A stretch of 64,000 nt of DNA from Mustelus asterias. Its lineage: Eukaryota. This document shows positions 36,716 through 50,399 of the stretch, in pieces. How positions within the stretch are numbered: position 1 is the stretch's first letter; every line of letters starts with the position of its first letter. The stretch spans positions 140,306,001 to 140,370,000 of the forward strand of contig NC_135803.1 of NCBI RefSeq assembly GCF_964213995.1, read 5' to 3'. Made by a program: the position numbers and the translations under genes. The notes beneath the pieces are model-generated. The model had not been told where the DNA came from. It saw only the letters and a list, made by a program, of their open reading frames with translations, and did no database searches.

Positions 36716-37183
36716 TGATAGAAAAACTCAACAAAGTTCGTTCTGACAAAATAATTAGCCTTTATTTACAAAAGACTGAATGCAGTTTTGGCTGAAAACT
36801 TGAGTTCAGAGAGCAGTTGGTACAACTTGCTAATTCCTCCTCAAGTCCGCAATTACACAAAGAATCAGTTCAGTATTTATACATAATCATTATCAGTTTG
36901 CGTGACCAGAGCATATTCAGGAATTCGATTAGTAATAGAATCATAAGCAATGTCATTAAGCATGTCATAACTTGCTGACCTCCTAGAACTCTTTGTCTCA
37001 TCATTCATACCCTTATCTTGTCCTTTGATGTAACAGAAGGTCAGTGACTCCATCATCCCTGACCTTATGTTGTTTTATTCACTCATACAGCCTTAAGTTA
37101 TGCGGAGTCAGCCTTGCTTATATTGTATCAAATAGCTGACCAATTTTCCCATCATGCTATTCCTTAGTTCGTACGACTTCACA
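36716..37183 (-). repeat. ERV 3' LTR (468 bp)
   Basis: Minus strand begins TGTGAAG directly after the PPT AAAAGGAGGGAA (~37184-37195) and ends TTTTCTATCA; TATAAAT at ~36876-36882 and AATAAA at 36761-36766. Confidence 0.8.
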
Positions 37184-38489
37184 TTCCCTCCTTTTGTCAT
37201 ATCATGACAACTAATTAAATAGGTATATCCATGACCCAATTTAAAAATGCATTTACACAAGCAGCCAATCAATCCTATCCCCAGTAGCAGTAGTAGTAGT
37301 AACATGAAGACCTTAAAGATCCAATCAAATAATCCGTGACCCAGCCATCCTAACCAACCCGGTGGGTCATAATCATGAAATTCACGGCCAATCTCTTGAA
37401 AAAGATCAGCCTGTCTCTTAATATGGTCGGCCAGGTTGGTGATATTTTCAGAGGCATCTGGGATATAAGTACAGCATTCCTGACCTACAATGGCACATGT
37501 TCCTCCCTGCGAGGCTAACAGATAATCCAAAGCCAGTCGATTTTGTCATGCCACGGTCCGGACAGCCACCAGCTCAGCCGAGACCTCGGCCAGTGCCTGT
37601 CCAGTTGCCCTGGCTTCCGCCGTTGTTACGTTTGCCAGTTGTTCCAATGCTGAGGCCATAAGAATCAGTTCGTTGGCTGTCCCGCCCGTTCCATATAGTG
37701 GAAAGGCCATCATAAAGAACCGTTCGGTTCCGCTAATGGTCCTTTTGGCTCGCGAGGGGTGATGCAGAAGGGAGGGTAGGTGGTGCATGTAGGGTACGAC
37801 ATATCCCAGATAACAGGATCCTATCCAATTGGTAGGAAGCCACGAGTATGCTTTAGTGCCACATATGAAATATGTTCCATTATAGGCCGTAAAATCATCA
37901 GCCAATGTCATCCAGGGTATTGGGGAAGTATGTGCCCATGAGCTATTAGAGGTTATATTCCATACCCTGGACCAATCAAGAATAAACATACCCTTGGTGG
38001 ATAGGTTTGCTACTGGTCCTTGCCACTCAGCTGTAAGGTTACATCTACTTTGCCCCATCAGCTTTCCTTTCCCCGATTTACTAAAACATAGGGAACCTCG
38101 CACATCATTCGAGGGGACGGTAAGGGAGGGTGGAAGCAAGGCATGATTATAAGCAGGCTGGTACCAAGCCGAAAACTTTGTCATTTCATACCCAGCCGAT
38201 TTCCATTCTCTCATATCTCCCCTGAACCCTGTTCGGTTTTGACGTAGAATCCATTCAACTGTCTCTCCGAGCTGGAATGGAGGGATTGGAGAGGTATTCC
38301 TTCCCTCGAATGGACGGGGATGTGGGTACAAACCCAACACTTGCTTACATTCAATTTTTCAGCATAAATATATGACATATATAAATAGGTATTGGCATGC
38401 AGTCCCTGGGTAGTTCGCTTTTTCACTACCGAGTGGCCATTAAGGCCAAGTGGTCCAGAAAGTCCAAAAAATATAATGAAGATCTTCAT
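37108..38489 (-). pseudogene. env: ERV envelope (gamma-type SU-TM)
   Basis: Signal peptide MKIFIIFFGL, SU CWVC, furin site RAKR, fusion peptide, ISD-like *QNRLALDYLLASQGG, CX6CC (CAIVGQECC), hydrophobic TM; frameshift at ~38275 and TGA at 37546-37548. Confidence 0.9.
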
Positions 38490-39860
38490 CCTGTGTTCGT
38501 ATCTGGGTTGGAGACAATCTTCTTGCAGTTGGATAGATGTATCCAACTTGGACGTCCTTCAAGCTTGACGGAAGTCGGTGTGGTCAGTAGTACTTGAAAA
38601 GGTCTGCTCCAGCATTGTCCTAGCTTTTTTCTATCCCAGTTCTTCACCAATACATAGTCTCCGGGGTCGATCACTGGATATCGAGGGGTGGCTGTCCCTG
38701 CTGTCACTGGGAGGTGTGCCTGTTTCACCTGTGAGTGGAGAAACTTCAGAGAAAGTGTTAATTGCTTCAAATAATTCTGCATCTGTTCCTTCATCACATG
38801 GAGGTCTACTCCCTCCAGGGGTTTTTCATGGGCATCCCAGGGAGTCCTCATTGGCCGACCATAGACTATCTCTGCAGCTGACAGTCCGGTCCGCGAATGT
38901 GGAGTCACCCGCATGTGAAACAGTGCCAAGGGCAATACCTTTAGCCAATTTAATCCAGTTTCTTCAGTCAATTTAGATAATTTTTCTTTTAAAGTCCCGT
39001 TGGCTCTTTCCACAAATCCTGCTGCCTGCGGGTGATACGCGCAGTGCAGTTGTTGTTTAATTACGAGTGCTTCGCACAATTCAGTATTGATCCGAGCCAC
39101 AAAATGTGGTCCATTATCTGAGCTCACCATTTTGGGTATCCCAAAAATGGGGAATAACTTCTCTCAATAATAACTTCACCACCGTATGTGCAGTACAATT
39201 CGTGGTGGGGAAGGCTTCAATCCATTTACTAAACACATCAATTATTACTAAACAATATTTATAGCAACATACTTTTGGTAATTCAATAAAATCAAGCTGT
39301 ATACAGGCAAAAGGACCATCTGGCAAGGGAGTGGTTCCGGGAGGGCATTTAATGCCTTTACCCTTATTATTTCTCATGCAAATGAGGCATCGATCCAGCC
39401 GCGTTTGCGCTGCTGTATTCAAATCTGGGTGCCACCAATTCTTTAGAAGTAGCTGTACCATTCCCTCCTTGCCGAGATGGGTACAAGAATGCAAATAGTC
39501 AATAAGTACCGGCAATAAAGAATCCAGGATACAAACTTGACCAACTGGAGTAAGCCAGAGGTCCCGTGCCAAGGAGTGCGAACACCCCATTGACTTCCAT
39601 AGTGTGCGCTCAGAATCAGAGGCGTCCCTCTAATTGTTGAACCTCAGTCACCTCTGGCATGCCCTTCGTCCCAAATGCAGGTACCTGATTTAGAGCCTGA
39701 TTACCCCCAGTGGGAACAATCACAGAGGCCGATACAGCTGCCGCCTTAGCAGCTGAATCAGCACGGGCATTCCCTAATTGCACAGGAGTGTCCCCCTTCG
39801 TGTGCGCAGCACATTTAATAATAGCCAATTGACGAGGAAGCTGAACAGCATCGAGGAGAT
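38486..39860 (-). pseudogene. pol: ERV pol remnant: RNase H C-terminal part plus integrase
   Basis: IIKCAAH...GNARADSAAK (RNase H); HSCTH..CLIC (HHCC), QLDFIELP, SDNGPHF, YHPQAAGFVER (DDE), WSRPFQVLLTT; frameshifts at ~39140 and ~39625. Confidence 0.92.
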
Positions 39861-39861
39861 T

Positions 39862-40265
39862 TTATCCTCCTCTTCCTCCGTATCACCTGAATAGGGAAAC
39901 AGTGGCATGCCAGGGCAACTGGGAGGATCCTCCTGCTGTTTAATCTGATGGGCTAGCCCAGCCTGCCTATCACCTGATGATTTCTTATCCCGAAGTTCGC
40001 ATTCCAATTTTGGTTCCTTTGGTTTCCTGTCCACACCTTCATCAATCCCTTTTTTACGGGTGTTATCTCTCAAACTCATTAATAGCGATTGTTTGTGGCG
40101 CCTAGTCGACTCTTTTTTTCCATTTTGAAATTAAAGTTTTCCACTTGGAACCTACATTTTTCGTCCAAATAGCTTTTTCTGCTGCAGTACAATTTTCCAA
40201 GTTCCATGTGCCGCCTCGTGGCCAAATATCATTACCCAATTTACTATTTAGTGCAGCAGAGACCA
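39862..40265 (-). pseudogene. gag: ERV gag N-terminal stub (matrix-like)
   Basis: WPRGGTWNL resembles the WPxxG(T/S) MA motif; followed by a basic and Pro/acidic stretch, then joined directly to RNase H. Confidence 0.5.
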
Positions 40266-40908
40266 TGGCCTGAATTTTACGGCATGGGGCCAGCAAATTT
40301 CACATGAAAACAGATTTGCCCGAGTGCTCCAATTTAGTTATGAAGCCAGTCTTTCAGGTCTGCAGCTCTGACAGCTCAAGTTGGATGATGAGAATGCCAA
40401 GCCTCTGGGTCCCAATGTTTGGCATCATCTGCACCCGCCTCTCCTAGGCCCTGCTTGTCAGAGAGATTCTGCATGTAAATGCCCCAAAATAGCTCTACTC
40501 TGCATTTTTCCCAGCTCAGCTATATGCTAAGGGTGCCAGAGTTGAACACAATATGGAAACAAGCCTGAGCACCACTATAGCACATCAGGATAATTTCTTT
40601 GAGTTATTTATTCTGCATTCCCAAGTGAATTACTTTACATTTATCTGCGTTAAATTGCATTTGACCATTGTTGACTCACCTCCTGAGGCAAACTCCCTCC
40701 ATAACTTGTCCCCATCTACAAACTTTGTGATAAAGTCAACAATATCCTCTCCCACATTGCTTTTGAAAACATTTTTATCACTATGAACCTTACAACCTTA
40801 AGATCACTATTCCCAAACTGCTCCATCTATAAGTCCACAGTATAATTCAAAGAGCTTACAACTCATGGATTACTTTTGCAATGCAGTCACCATTTTGCAT
40901 ACAATTAT

Positions 40909-41270
40909 GGGGAGGCGATGGCCTAGTGGTATTATCACTAGATTATTAATCCAGAAACTCAGCCAATGTTCTGGGCACCTGGGTTCGAATCCCGCCACGG
41001 CAGATGGTGGAATTAGAATTCAATAAATAATATCTGGAGTTAAGAAGCTACTGATAATCATGAAACTGTTGTCGATTGTTGGAAAAACCCACCTGGTTCA
41101 CTAACGTCCTTTAGGAAAGGAAATCTTCCATCCTTACTCAGTCTGGCCTACATGTGATTCCAGAGCCTCAGCAATATGGTTGAGTCTCAACTTCCCTCTG
41201 AACAATTAGGGATGGGCAATAAACATTGGCCAGCCAGCAACGCTCATGTCCCATGAATGAATTTTTAAAA
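40909..41270 (+). mobile_element. SacSINE/DeuSINE-like tRNA-derived SINE
   Basis: GGGGAGGCGATGGCCTAGTGG A-box, GGTTCGAATCCC B-box, central AAAACCCACCTGGTTCACTAA...GGAAATC domain. Confidence 0.65.
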
Positions 41271-44200
41271 ATTCAAACATGACAGATTTGTAGGTCCCAC
41301 AAACAGCAAATGAATAAGTAACCAGAAGTACTTTCTACTCTTTTTAAATGGTGTCATGGAAATTTTTGAATCTACTTGAGCAACAGACAGGCCCTTAGTT
41401 TATCATCTCATCTGAAAGATGAAAGCCATGTGGCAATGCACTCAACACTTCGATGGTGACCATCAACCATATCAGAGTTTATGACTTACAAGGCTACACC
41501 TCTTCATTTCAACCACATCCAACAATATTCAATAAAGCAGCCTTTCAGGTTACTATAAGCAAGTTTTCGGTATACAAGAATTAATTAAATAAGCTAAATA
41601 GAATGTAAAATAATTCACATGCTGGGTGCAGCCTGGTTCAGAATACATCACTGAATGAAACACTTCACCTAAGTTTAATTTTGAAAACCATGTTGGGAAC
41701 ACTCAATCTGTATTATGTTTCTGAAGCATCTCAGCACTTGACCTTCAGCAATATGAGTCATATACATAAATACATATGATTAATACAGCTGCTGGTTATG
41801 TTTATAAGTTTGAATTGGATTGTGTGTTGAAAACAGGACTGAACTAGCAAACGCACATCAGTGTAGTCACTGAGAGGTCACAGATTCATGATTTAACTGG
41901 AATGTATATTGTCACTGCTTCATCACTATTGCAGCAAAGTCATGTAATTCTCTACCTAACACTATTGTGGTAACAGCATCAACACAAAAATACCAGCAAC
42001 TTACGGAGAAAGCCCACCACCTTCTCAGAGCCACTGGGAGGAATGTTTATTTTAACTGTCAGCATCACCAAAGAATACATTTTAAAAGTGCATGCATTAA
42101 GGTAAACGATTTTCACATGATAATTTGTCATTGGTTAGCCGTAAATGTGGAACAGATCGGTCATGAAATTCAGTAATTAAAGTCTGCTTCCAGCAATACA
42201 TCAATAATACAAAAAATACAGAAATTCCCAAGGGCATCTTGCCTGCCATAGTGCTTCTGTACAGTGCTCCCCTTGTGACTGTAGCATGGCTAGTGGAAGG
42301 CTGCTGACTTTCACTGGTGAAGACTGCAGTTGACCTTACAGGACACCCTTGAGAAGCTCTGGGGCTTGAGGCCCCAGCATCAGACCGCACTACCTTGGCA
42401 TTGATGGCAGCAGTCTGGGTAGACTGAGTGAGAGGCAACAGTGAGGGTACAGGTGAAACAGCAATGGTGGGAGCATGAATGCTGTTGTCATGAGAGAAGG
42501 CAGCAGCTTTGTACTCCATCGAGCCATTGACATCCCCATGAAGCAGCACCTCAGCAATTTTTATCATCTCCTGTAGCACAGATTGCTGAACTATTGTGAA
42601 AGACGGCATGCCCCTTCGAGTATTGAAATTTGCATTCCAAGATGACAGCTGTCTGCCTGCATAGTAGCAGTCGCATACTGGATGCAGCAGTCTAAGACTG
42701 GGATTTCTCTGAGCTGCTATCACAGTCTGTGTGACAGTGGTAGCAGAAACAATGGCTAGTAGATGCTCCATCATGGATCAGTCTGGCCGTAATGTAATAG
42801 AGGTGTCCATCACTCCCAGAGTTGAATGAAAGAGTTCTATTCCACAATGACCTGTATCATGCTGGAGTCAGACTCCTCATGCTCCTCATTAGTGACCGGA
42901 GCCAGTTTCTGGCAGGCTTGCCAAGGACCAGCTCGATATGCATATTCATCAATGTTCTCCAGTAGTTTGTCCCCAACAAGCAACCTCACTCTCCATTTGC
43001 ACATGAGCTGACCTATTCCCCATGTGCTTGCTGCAGCCCAATTACGCCCAGTAACTCACCAGGTGTAGATGCCAATTCCAAATTCACCCCTAATGTTCAC
43101 TCTGCATTACCTTAACAGTACCTGCCTGTCTTTGGTTGAGTGATGGTATTTCTTCAAAGATATCTGCTACCTCTCAACCTTCCACTTGTTTCTGCAGGGG
43201 CTAAGCAGCAGACAGTTCTTACCCACCTAGAAGCACAAAGGCACATGGAAAAGGTTGTGGTAAGAGAAGGGGAGTGGCGAGGGAATCAGGAAACATAGTT
43301 ACTCCATCTGAAGTTTCCATTTCATGGAATCTTTCAGGGTGGGGGGAGTTAGTGGAAAAGATATATAATTCAGCAACTTTCCATCGTCAGCAAAGGCCTC
43401 ATTTGCGCCAGGTGCCTTTGGCTCCGTAGCACTGCTGCCCATGATCCATGGAATCACCTCCTCCTTTTCATTGCTGCAACTTCCCTTTTATGTGCACTTC
43501 ATCTTTCAAAGGAGAAGGCTGCATGGAGCACATGGTTGCTAAAGAATGAGACTTGACATTTAGTTGAGTAGGATATGCCATCTGATTGCCAAGGGCAGTG
43601 ATGAAGGAATGGGATAAGGTACTGGGGACTGTCAAAACTGTCATTTGGCTGGCCACTTTAGTGCTAAGTGTGACTGCCTTGACAGTTATTTACACTGGCC
43701 TAAAATAATTTAATTTTAAAAAAAGTTTCAGGTAATCAGTAAAATGTATTGCAATTAGTCTGATGCAATTTTGCATCAGGTACCCCCTCATCCATCTGAA
43801 CCAAAGGGAAACTCCATGAGTGATGGGAGCTTTTAAATAATGCAAAGCCTTCTAATGTATTTTTCTATACATGTTGGTACTATGTTGGTTAATGTGTATT
43901 GACATCATTGGAAATATTTTTCTATTTATTTTTAATAAGATTGGAAATTTTAGGGGTAAAATTAGTCTACACCAGCAACAGGAAATGGGTATGGCAAATT
44001 GGCAGCTGATTTTTCACAACATCTAATCTTCTTTACACGGAAATTCACAAGGCGATAGTTCAAACTCTTTTGGAGGCTCATTTCCTACTTTCTCTGTCAC
44101 TTTTACTTGGCTTGAGATTAAAAATCTTGGCAATGTAAAATAAAAACTGGCACGGTGAAAAATCGGCTGCTCATTCATTATGAGTCCGTCTCATGCTGCT

Positions 44201-45454
44201 GACATAGATGAATTTCCTCGCTTTGTATTCTTTCTCCTAGCTGCAGGCAATATTTATGCAGAACCTAAAATAGTTTTTTTTGCTATATCACTGGAAATGT
44301 AAGAGTAACTGGAATACTTAAATCAGCTTAGCACAATGGATAGAATATTTAATGAAGGGTCATGGAAAAAGAGCTCTTGTGATGCATACTTTCATGGTAA
44401 CTAAGGGAACAAAGCATTTAACTTGGAGGGTCATGGGATGATCAGCAAGTTAAAACTAATGTTGAGAGTTGAACTTGATGCACTATAAATAAGACAGAAT
44501 AGTAATATTGTTGAAGTTGCGTTGCAAGAATACCATGGACAGTGATATCTGATATTATGCCTTCACCTGTATCTACAGCCTCTTGTAATAACCATGTGCA
44601 CCTGGTTCCAAAAGACTCAGGTCAGCATGGAGCCTGTTACAGACCTAAGCCATTTGATGCAAAGACATCTGCAGCCAGTGTAAGAATGTTATGGCCAGAG
44701 ACAGTCTATTTTTGTTTTTCTGAATCTCTATTCTGCAGTATCAGCCAATGTGCTGTTCATACATTTATCAAACAAATGACAGAAACACAGGTCATTATGA
44801 CCAGTACTTTCACCTTCACAAATGCAACATGGCATGGCCATATTTCCCCATGTGGAGGGATCATTGATGCAATCAATGTGGCCCCCCTCGGCTGCTTACA
44901 ACGGTTTGATGTGTTGAAGCTCTTTGAAGATACCAGTTTAGTGACACTTTCAAATATAAGTCACAACTTGAATGTGTGCCCCACTGGAAACAGTATGAAA
45001 AACAATGAAAGAAATATAAGGGCTTAACATGAGCCAGCAGCAGAAAACATAGATTCACAACACTTTGTGGGGTAAACACATCTATTTGTACCAGATTGTA
45101 CCAATCTGTAGTCTTAAAGAATAGTTTTAACATCAATTATGTTAATGATAATTGATTAACATTATCTCTTGTTAATCAATCCCAGATCCTGCAGGAAGTT
45201 TGTAGGACATTCATACTGGCCATTGTCTTTTGCCAAGTGTGCTGCACCATTGTCCTCTGGCAAAGATGTTCTTGAGTGGCAAACAGGGAAATCTCCTTCA
45301 TTGCATCCCTTTTAGCATCTCCACTTTAGCATCCATGAAATGGGGAATTTGGTGCTATGCCATTCTGTTACTTGTCCAGACATAATTTATGACCTTCATG
45401 TTTATTTTCTAGTCTTTTCTTGTCCATAAAAGTTAATAAGTACTTTTTAAATGT

Positions 45455-46300
45455 ATGTCTATTTACAATCTATATCAATGACTTGGATGAAGGGACCAAA
45501 AATGTATGGTTGCTAAATCTGCTGATGACACAAAGTTAGGTAGGAAAGTAAGTTGTGAAAGGGACATAAGGGGATGAATTTTCATGTTCCACCCGCCACA
45601 GGAATCGTAGTGGGCAAGGGGTGGAACATGGAAAGGTCCATTGACCTCGGGCAGGATTTTCCAGTTTTAGAGCGAGCATGGCCAGAAAATCCTGCCCAAG
45701 GAGTCTGCAAAGGGATGTAGGTAGGTTAAGTGAGAGAGCACAAATTTGGCAGATGGAACATAATCTTGAAAAATGTGGAAAAACTTGTCCACTTTGTCAG
45801 GAAGAATAGAAAACATTATGTTATTTAAATGGAAAGATTGCAGAACTCTGCGAGATCTGAGTGAACTTGTAGAGGAATCACAAAGTTATCACAGGCTAGC
45901 AAATGAATGGAAAACAAATGGAATGTTGGCAAGGGAAATGGAAAATGTAAGTAGAGAAGTTTTGCTACATTTGTACAGGGCAATGATGAGACCACATGTG
46001 CACTACTGTGTACAAGTTTGGTCTCCTTACTTAAAAAAAGATATAATTAAATTCAAAGCAATTTGCAAAATTTTCACTGGATTGATTCTTGAGATTATCT
46101 TATGAAGACAGGTTAGACATGTATCCATTTGACTTTAGAAGAATCAGAGGTGAATTTTTTGCTACAAGATGCTGAAGGCAATTAACAATGGATGCAGAGA
46201 GGATGGCTCCCCTTACGGGAGAGACTAAAACTAGGGGACACAGTTTAAAAATAAGGGGTCTCCCATTTAAGACAAAGATAAGATTTTTTTTCTCGCGGGG
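45455..46300 (+). mobile_element. CR1 LINE ORF2 3' fragment
   Basis: YINDLDE, KSADDTK, LYRAMMRPHVHYCVQVWSPYL, TRGHSLKI. Confidence 0.75.
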
Positions 46301-46606
46301 TCATTATCATAGAACATCTAGTGCAGGAAGCCATTCAGTCCATCGAGTCTGCGCCAACTCTCTGAAAGTGCATCTTATTCAGGCCCAAGCAGCTTAGTGT
46401 AATGCACCATCTTGGTAAAGGAATTGAAGTTTGCACAAGGAGGAGCAGTTCACAGGAGGAAGGATTCGATTGCCACATAACTTGCCTTCTAGCACTCATT
46501 AAGGATACTGCAGTGCATTTTGGTGGATGGCACCTGACATAATTAGGTATGAGCAATAAATGCAAACCTTGCCAACAACGTTCACATTTCATGAAAGAAT
46601 AAAAAT

Positions 46607-46936
46607 CCATAGAATCCCTATACTGGAAAAAAAGCCATTTGGCCCATCGGATCTGCACCAAATCTCTGGAAGAGCATCTTACCTAAGCCCACCCTATTTC
46701 CACGCACTTACCATGGCTAATACAACTAACTACACATCTTCGGACACTAAGTGGCAATTTAGCATAGCCAATCCACATAACCTGCACATCTTTGGAATGT
46801 GGGAGGAAACTGGAGCACCCGGAGGAAACCTACAGACATGGGGAGAACATGCAAACTCTACTCACCCAAGGTTTGAATCGAATCTGGGTCCCTGGCACTG
46901 AGGCAGCAGTGCTAACCACTGTGCCACCATAGCGCC
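46607..46936 (-). mobile_element. HE1-like SINE
   Basis: Reverse-complement SINE consensus. Confidence 0.8.
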
Positions 46937-48002
46937 CTCTTCCTAATGCCCTCTCTGAACAGCAACCAGTTGATAGGGAGTGAACAATTCATTGCAGATG
47001 GTTTTGAGCGATACTTCAATGCATTTGACTATTCACAGCTCTCTTGCCACTGGAGGTTTGAAGAGGATAGCTGAAACTCATTGGCTAACCTTTTGGGACA
47101 CTTTGTCAGGATTTCAATAACACTCTTATCAACATTCATTTTGTAAATTCTTTTGAGCAGTTCACCTTAAAGGTCTAAGAGCTTTTACTCTACGTTATTG
47201 GACAGGATTTAGTGGTCACCTAGAGAAAAGGAATAATTCATTAGTTTCTGGTCCTACACAGGAAACGGACATGGATCATGACAGAGCAGGATCAGCAGCT
47301 GCAGGAGATGGACAGAAGAGTGAAACTGATAAAGAAAGACTACTGCAGATGCTGGTGCAGTTGGGTGAAATGGATGTCTTCTCCCCTTCAGGTAAAGGGC
47401 ATCCCACCTTTGGACCAAACCTTAGGATTGCACATGAGAACCTGTGCATCTTGCCCTTACTCAGTGCCTGAGCCATCCTGTAATGTGTCAGTGTGTCAGC
47501 AGTGTACTGCAGTACAGTCCATATGTGTCCATTAATATTGTGTCTATTCTGTGCTTGAGCAGTAAAACTACACTTGCCTGTTTTAGCACCAGGCAAGTTC
47601 AAATTATGATAATCAGTAATTAGGACCAAATTTAGGACCAATATAGGCTTTCTAAAAAAGCATGGTTTATTAGCATCGTGATCACTTAGCACATTTTCAT
47701 CCTTTCAACAAAATATTCCCCTGTGGTTTATCCCCATTTTGAGACACTTACCTTCACATAGCTGCATCACTTAAAACATTATCTGTAGCCTTTTAAGTAC
47801 TGCTGACTTGTGTCATTTCCCACATAGTTCTCTTTGACAAAGAATATCACAAGATTGTCATTAGAACTGACTCCATAAAATCCTAGAAGTTGACTTCTAT
47901 AAAATCAAATGCACCCTAGAGAAAGAGAAAAAAAAAACAGCTCAGCTTCCTTCTCCTATCCAGCACCTGTTACAGGAAGTGCATTGGATCCGGACAACTT
48001 TA

Positions 48003-48300
48003 GGGAGGCATGGTGGCACAGTGGTTAGCACTGCTGCCTCACAGTGCCATGGACCCAGGTTTGATTCCTGGTTTGGGTCACTGTCTGTGTGGAGTTTGCA
48101 CATTGTCTGCATGGGTTTCCTCCCACAATCCAAAGATGTATGGGTTGAGTAGATTGGCTATGCTAAATTGCCCCTTCGTGTCAAGGGGACTAGCTAGGGT
48201 AAATGCATGGGGTTATGGGGATAGGGCTTGGGTGGGATTGTGGTCGGTGCAGACTCGATGGGCCGAATGGCCTCCTTCTGCACAATAGGGATTCTGTGAT
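48003..48300 (+). mobile_element. HE1-like SINE
   Basis: GGCATGGTGGCACAGTGGTTAGC head through GGGCCGAATGGCCTCCTTCTGCAC tail. Confidence 0.88.
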
Positions 48301-50399
48301 CTTTGTGTTTGGCTGAAATGTTTTGCATTATCATCCAGGCTTGCACCTTACGTTCACATAAACAACTACCAATGTACTTCAAATTGACTCACTGATTGTC
48401 AACAATTCTACACGAAAGAGATTACTCCAGCTAAAAATTGAGAATGCATATAAATATATCTGAAGGGTTTTTAAAAAATGGTACTTGTCAGAGTCACCAT
48501 GTTACAGTGGAAATATTAAGCAGGTTTCCAATGATCAGTTTTAGACATACTGCTATACTGAATTTATATCCTTGACTACAATTCAGAAATTCAAAACAAA
48601 TTGGTAGAATTTGTCAAAACTTCCACACTCAAGGAAGGCAGAACAATCAGAGGAGGTAGCTCATAAATTACAGTGAGCTGAATATGAAGTGGACATAAAA
48701 ATTTAATGCAAACATGTTTGAGAGACTGCAGATGGGAAGGAATAATATGCAATACACACTCACGGTGTTGAAATAGCTAAGGATGGAGTGTAAAGAGAAT
48801 GTGGTGACTTCACAGACAGGACACTCAGTACGTCCAACCAATGCAGAGCAACTATCAGGCTAGTAAAAGGCAGATTTGAGTAATCGTATCTGGCAGTTCT
48901 TCACACAATGCATAGTATATGGGCTCCCAAATCTGGTAAAATGCAAAAATCTGTTGAATAATTTAAGAACAAATTGGATGTTGAAATGAGAAGTAGTTGG
49001 TGTGTCTCCGGATGTTCAATTTAAAACTGAGATTAATAGATATCTGTTAAGCAGGGTACTAAGGGCTATGAAAACAAAGCTGATAAGTGCAATTAATTAT
49101 AAATTAGCTATGATTTAATTCAACGGAGGGAAAGGTTTGAGGGCCTGAATTCCTAAGGATGGTGAACTGAGGTGATGCGAATCACCTTCCTCATCTGTTG
49201 TATTGTTATTTTACAAGAGAAAATTAAAGTGTCAAATCCAGAAATAATACAACTCAAATAATACGTGGATAATCAGCCCACATCATACTCAATTGTATTT
49301 TCACTGCATATATAACAAGCTAAAATGATTTGTATTCTCTAAATTTATGTACCTTATTTTTAAATATCTTGTTTATTTTCAAAATGGTATCTAGGAGAAA
49401 ATAGTCTTAGTTATACATTGAGATAAACAGAAAAATGAACCTGAGTATTAGTTAGCTTTTAACTTGTGACTTATGTAAATCAATGGATAAATAATGGTAA
49501 ATCTATCAAATAAAATAACAGCCATCAGGTCAGCGAAAAAACCTTTGCAAAGATTTCATTCGAAACAGACTGCACCTTTCCCCCTATGCCTTGTACTTCT
49601 AAATAAAATTAAAGAAATAATTTTCTTCCTTGCTAATTACCTTCTTGGATGCATCCACTGCAGGTCCACTGCTTTTGTGTCTCCTTAATCCTGCTGTTGT
49701 TCATCCATTCCGTGATACATGTGATTGCCAAACAGGAAAATTACAATGTAGTTTCTGACACTGTATCTACTTCCAGATAATCTGAGATTGTAGGAATTGA
49801 TATTTTTGTGATTTCACTACCTTATGTTTAAAAAGAAACGCTTTTTAAAAATGGGACATTAGGTGGAACAAAGTACTTTATTATTTAGGAAAAAATGTAC
49901 AGTACTGTTCCTGTAACATTTAAATAAGAAACAAAAGGAACGTCAAAACTCAGTAAACTGTACCATACAATTGTTCAGTGGTCAACATATATTTTCTCAA
50001 AATTCAGAGATCACATTTATGATGACCAGTAAAAAATGCAATGTTTTTAAGTACCAATTCAAAGACTGTGTGGATGTTTTACAAAATCAGTTCAGTCATT
50101 AAAAGACATCCTGAACACATCATATGGATTCATTTTTGATGTTTTATTATAAACAGCCATGGCTTATTTTAAAATATAAATCTGTAAAACACAATTATCC
50201 ACTGACTGTACATGTTTTTACAATATACAATCCAGGAATTTAATATGGTGCAAAAACAGTTTTGCATATAGCCACTGGCCACATCAAACAAAGGTTTTGG
50301 CAGTCGCACTACTAAAAGTTAACTAGGGATTAACATTTCACTACATTATCAAAGGGGCCTGCATATTGTACAATAACAGTTGTATGTGTAAATGAATTA

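Larger units (their letters stand above)
36716..40265 (-). mobile_element. Endogenous retrovirus (gamma/epsilon-like), internally deleted and lacking the 5' LTR
   Basis: Order on minus strand: gag stub, RNase H, integrase, env, PPT, LTR. Confidence 0.92.

Noticed and set aside
40266-40900. Expected ERV 5' LTR and primer-binding site
   Set aside because: No similarity to 36716-37183 and no PBS seen
44542-45027. 161-aa ORF in unique sequence
   Set aside because: GTG start, no recognisable domain or exon structure
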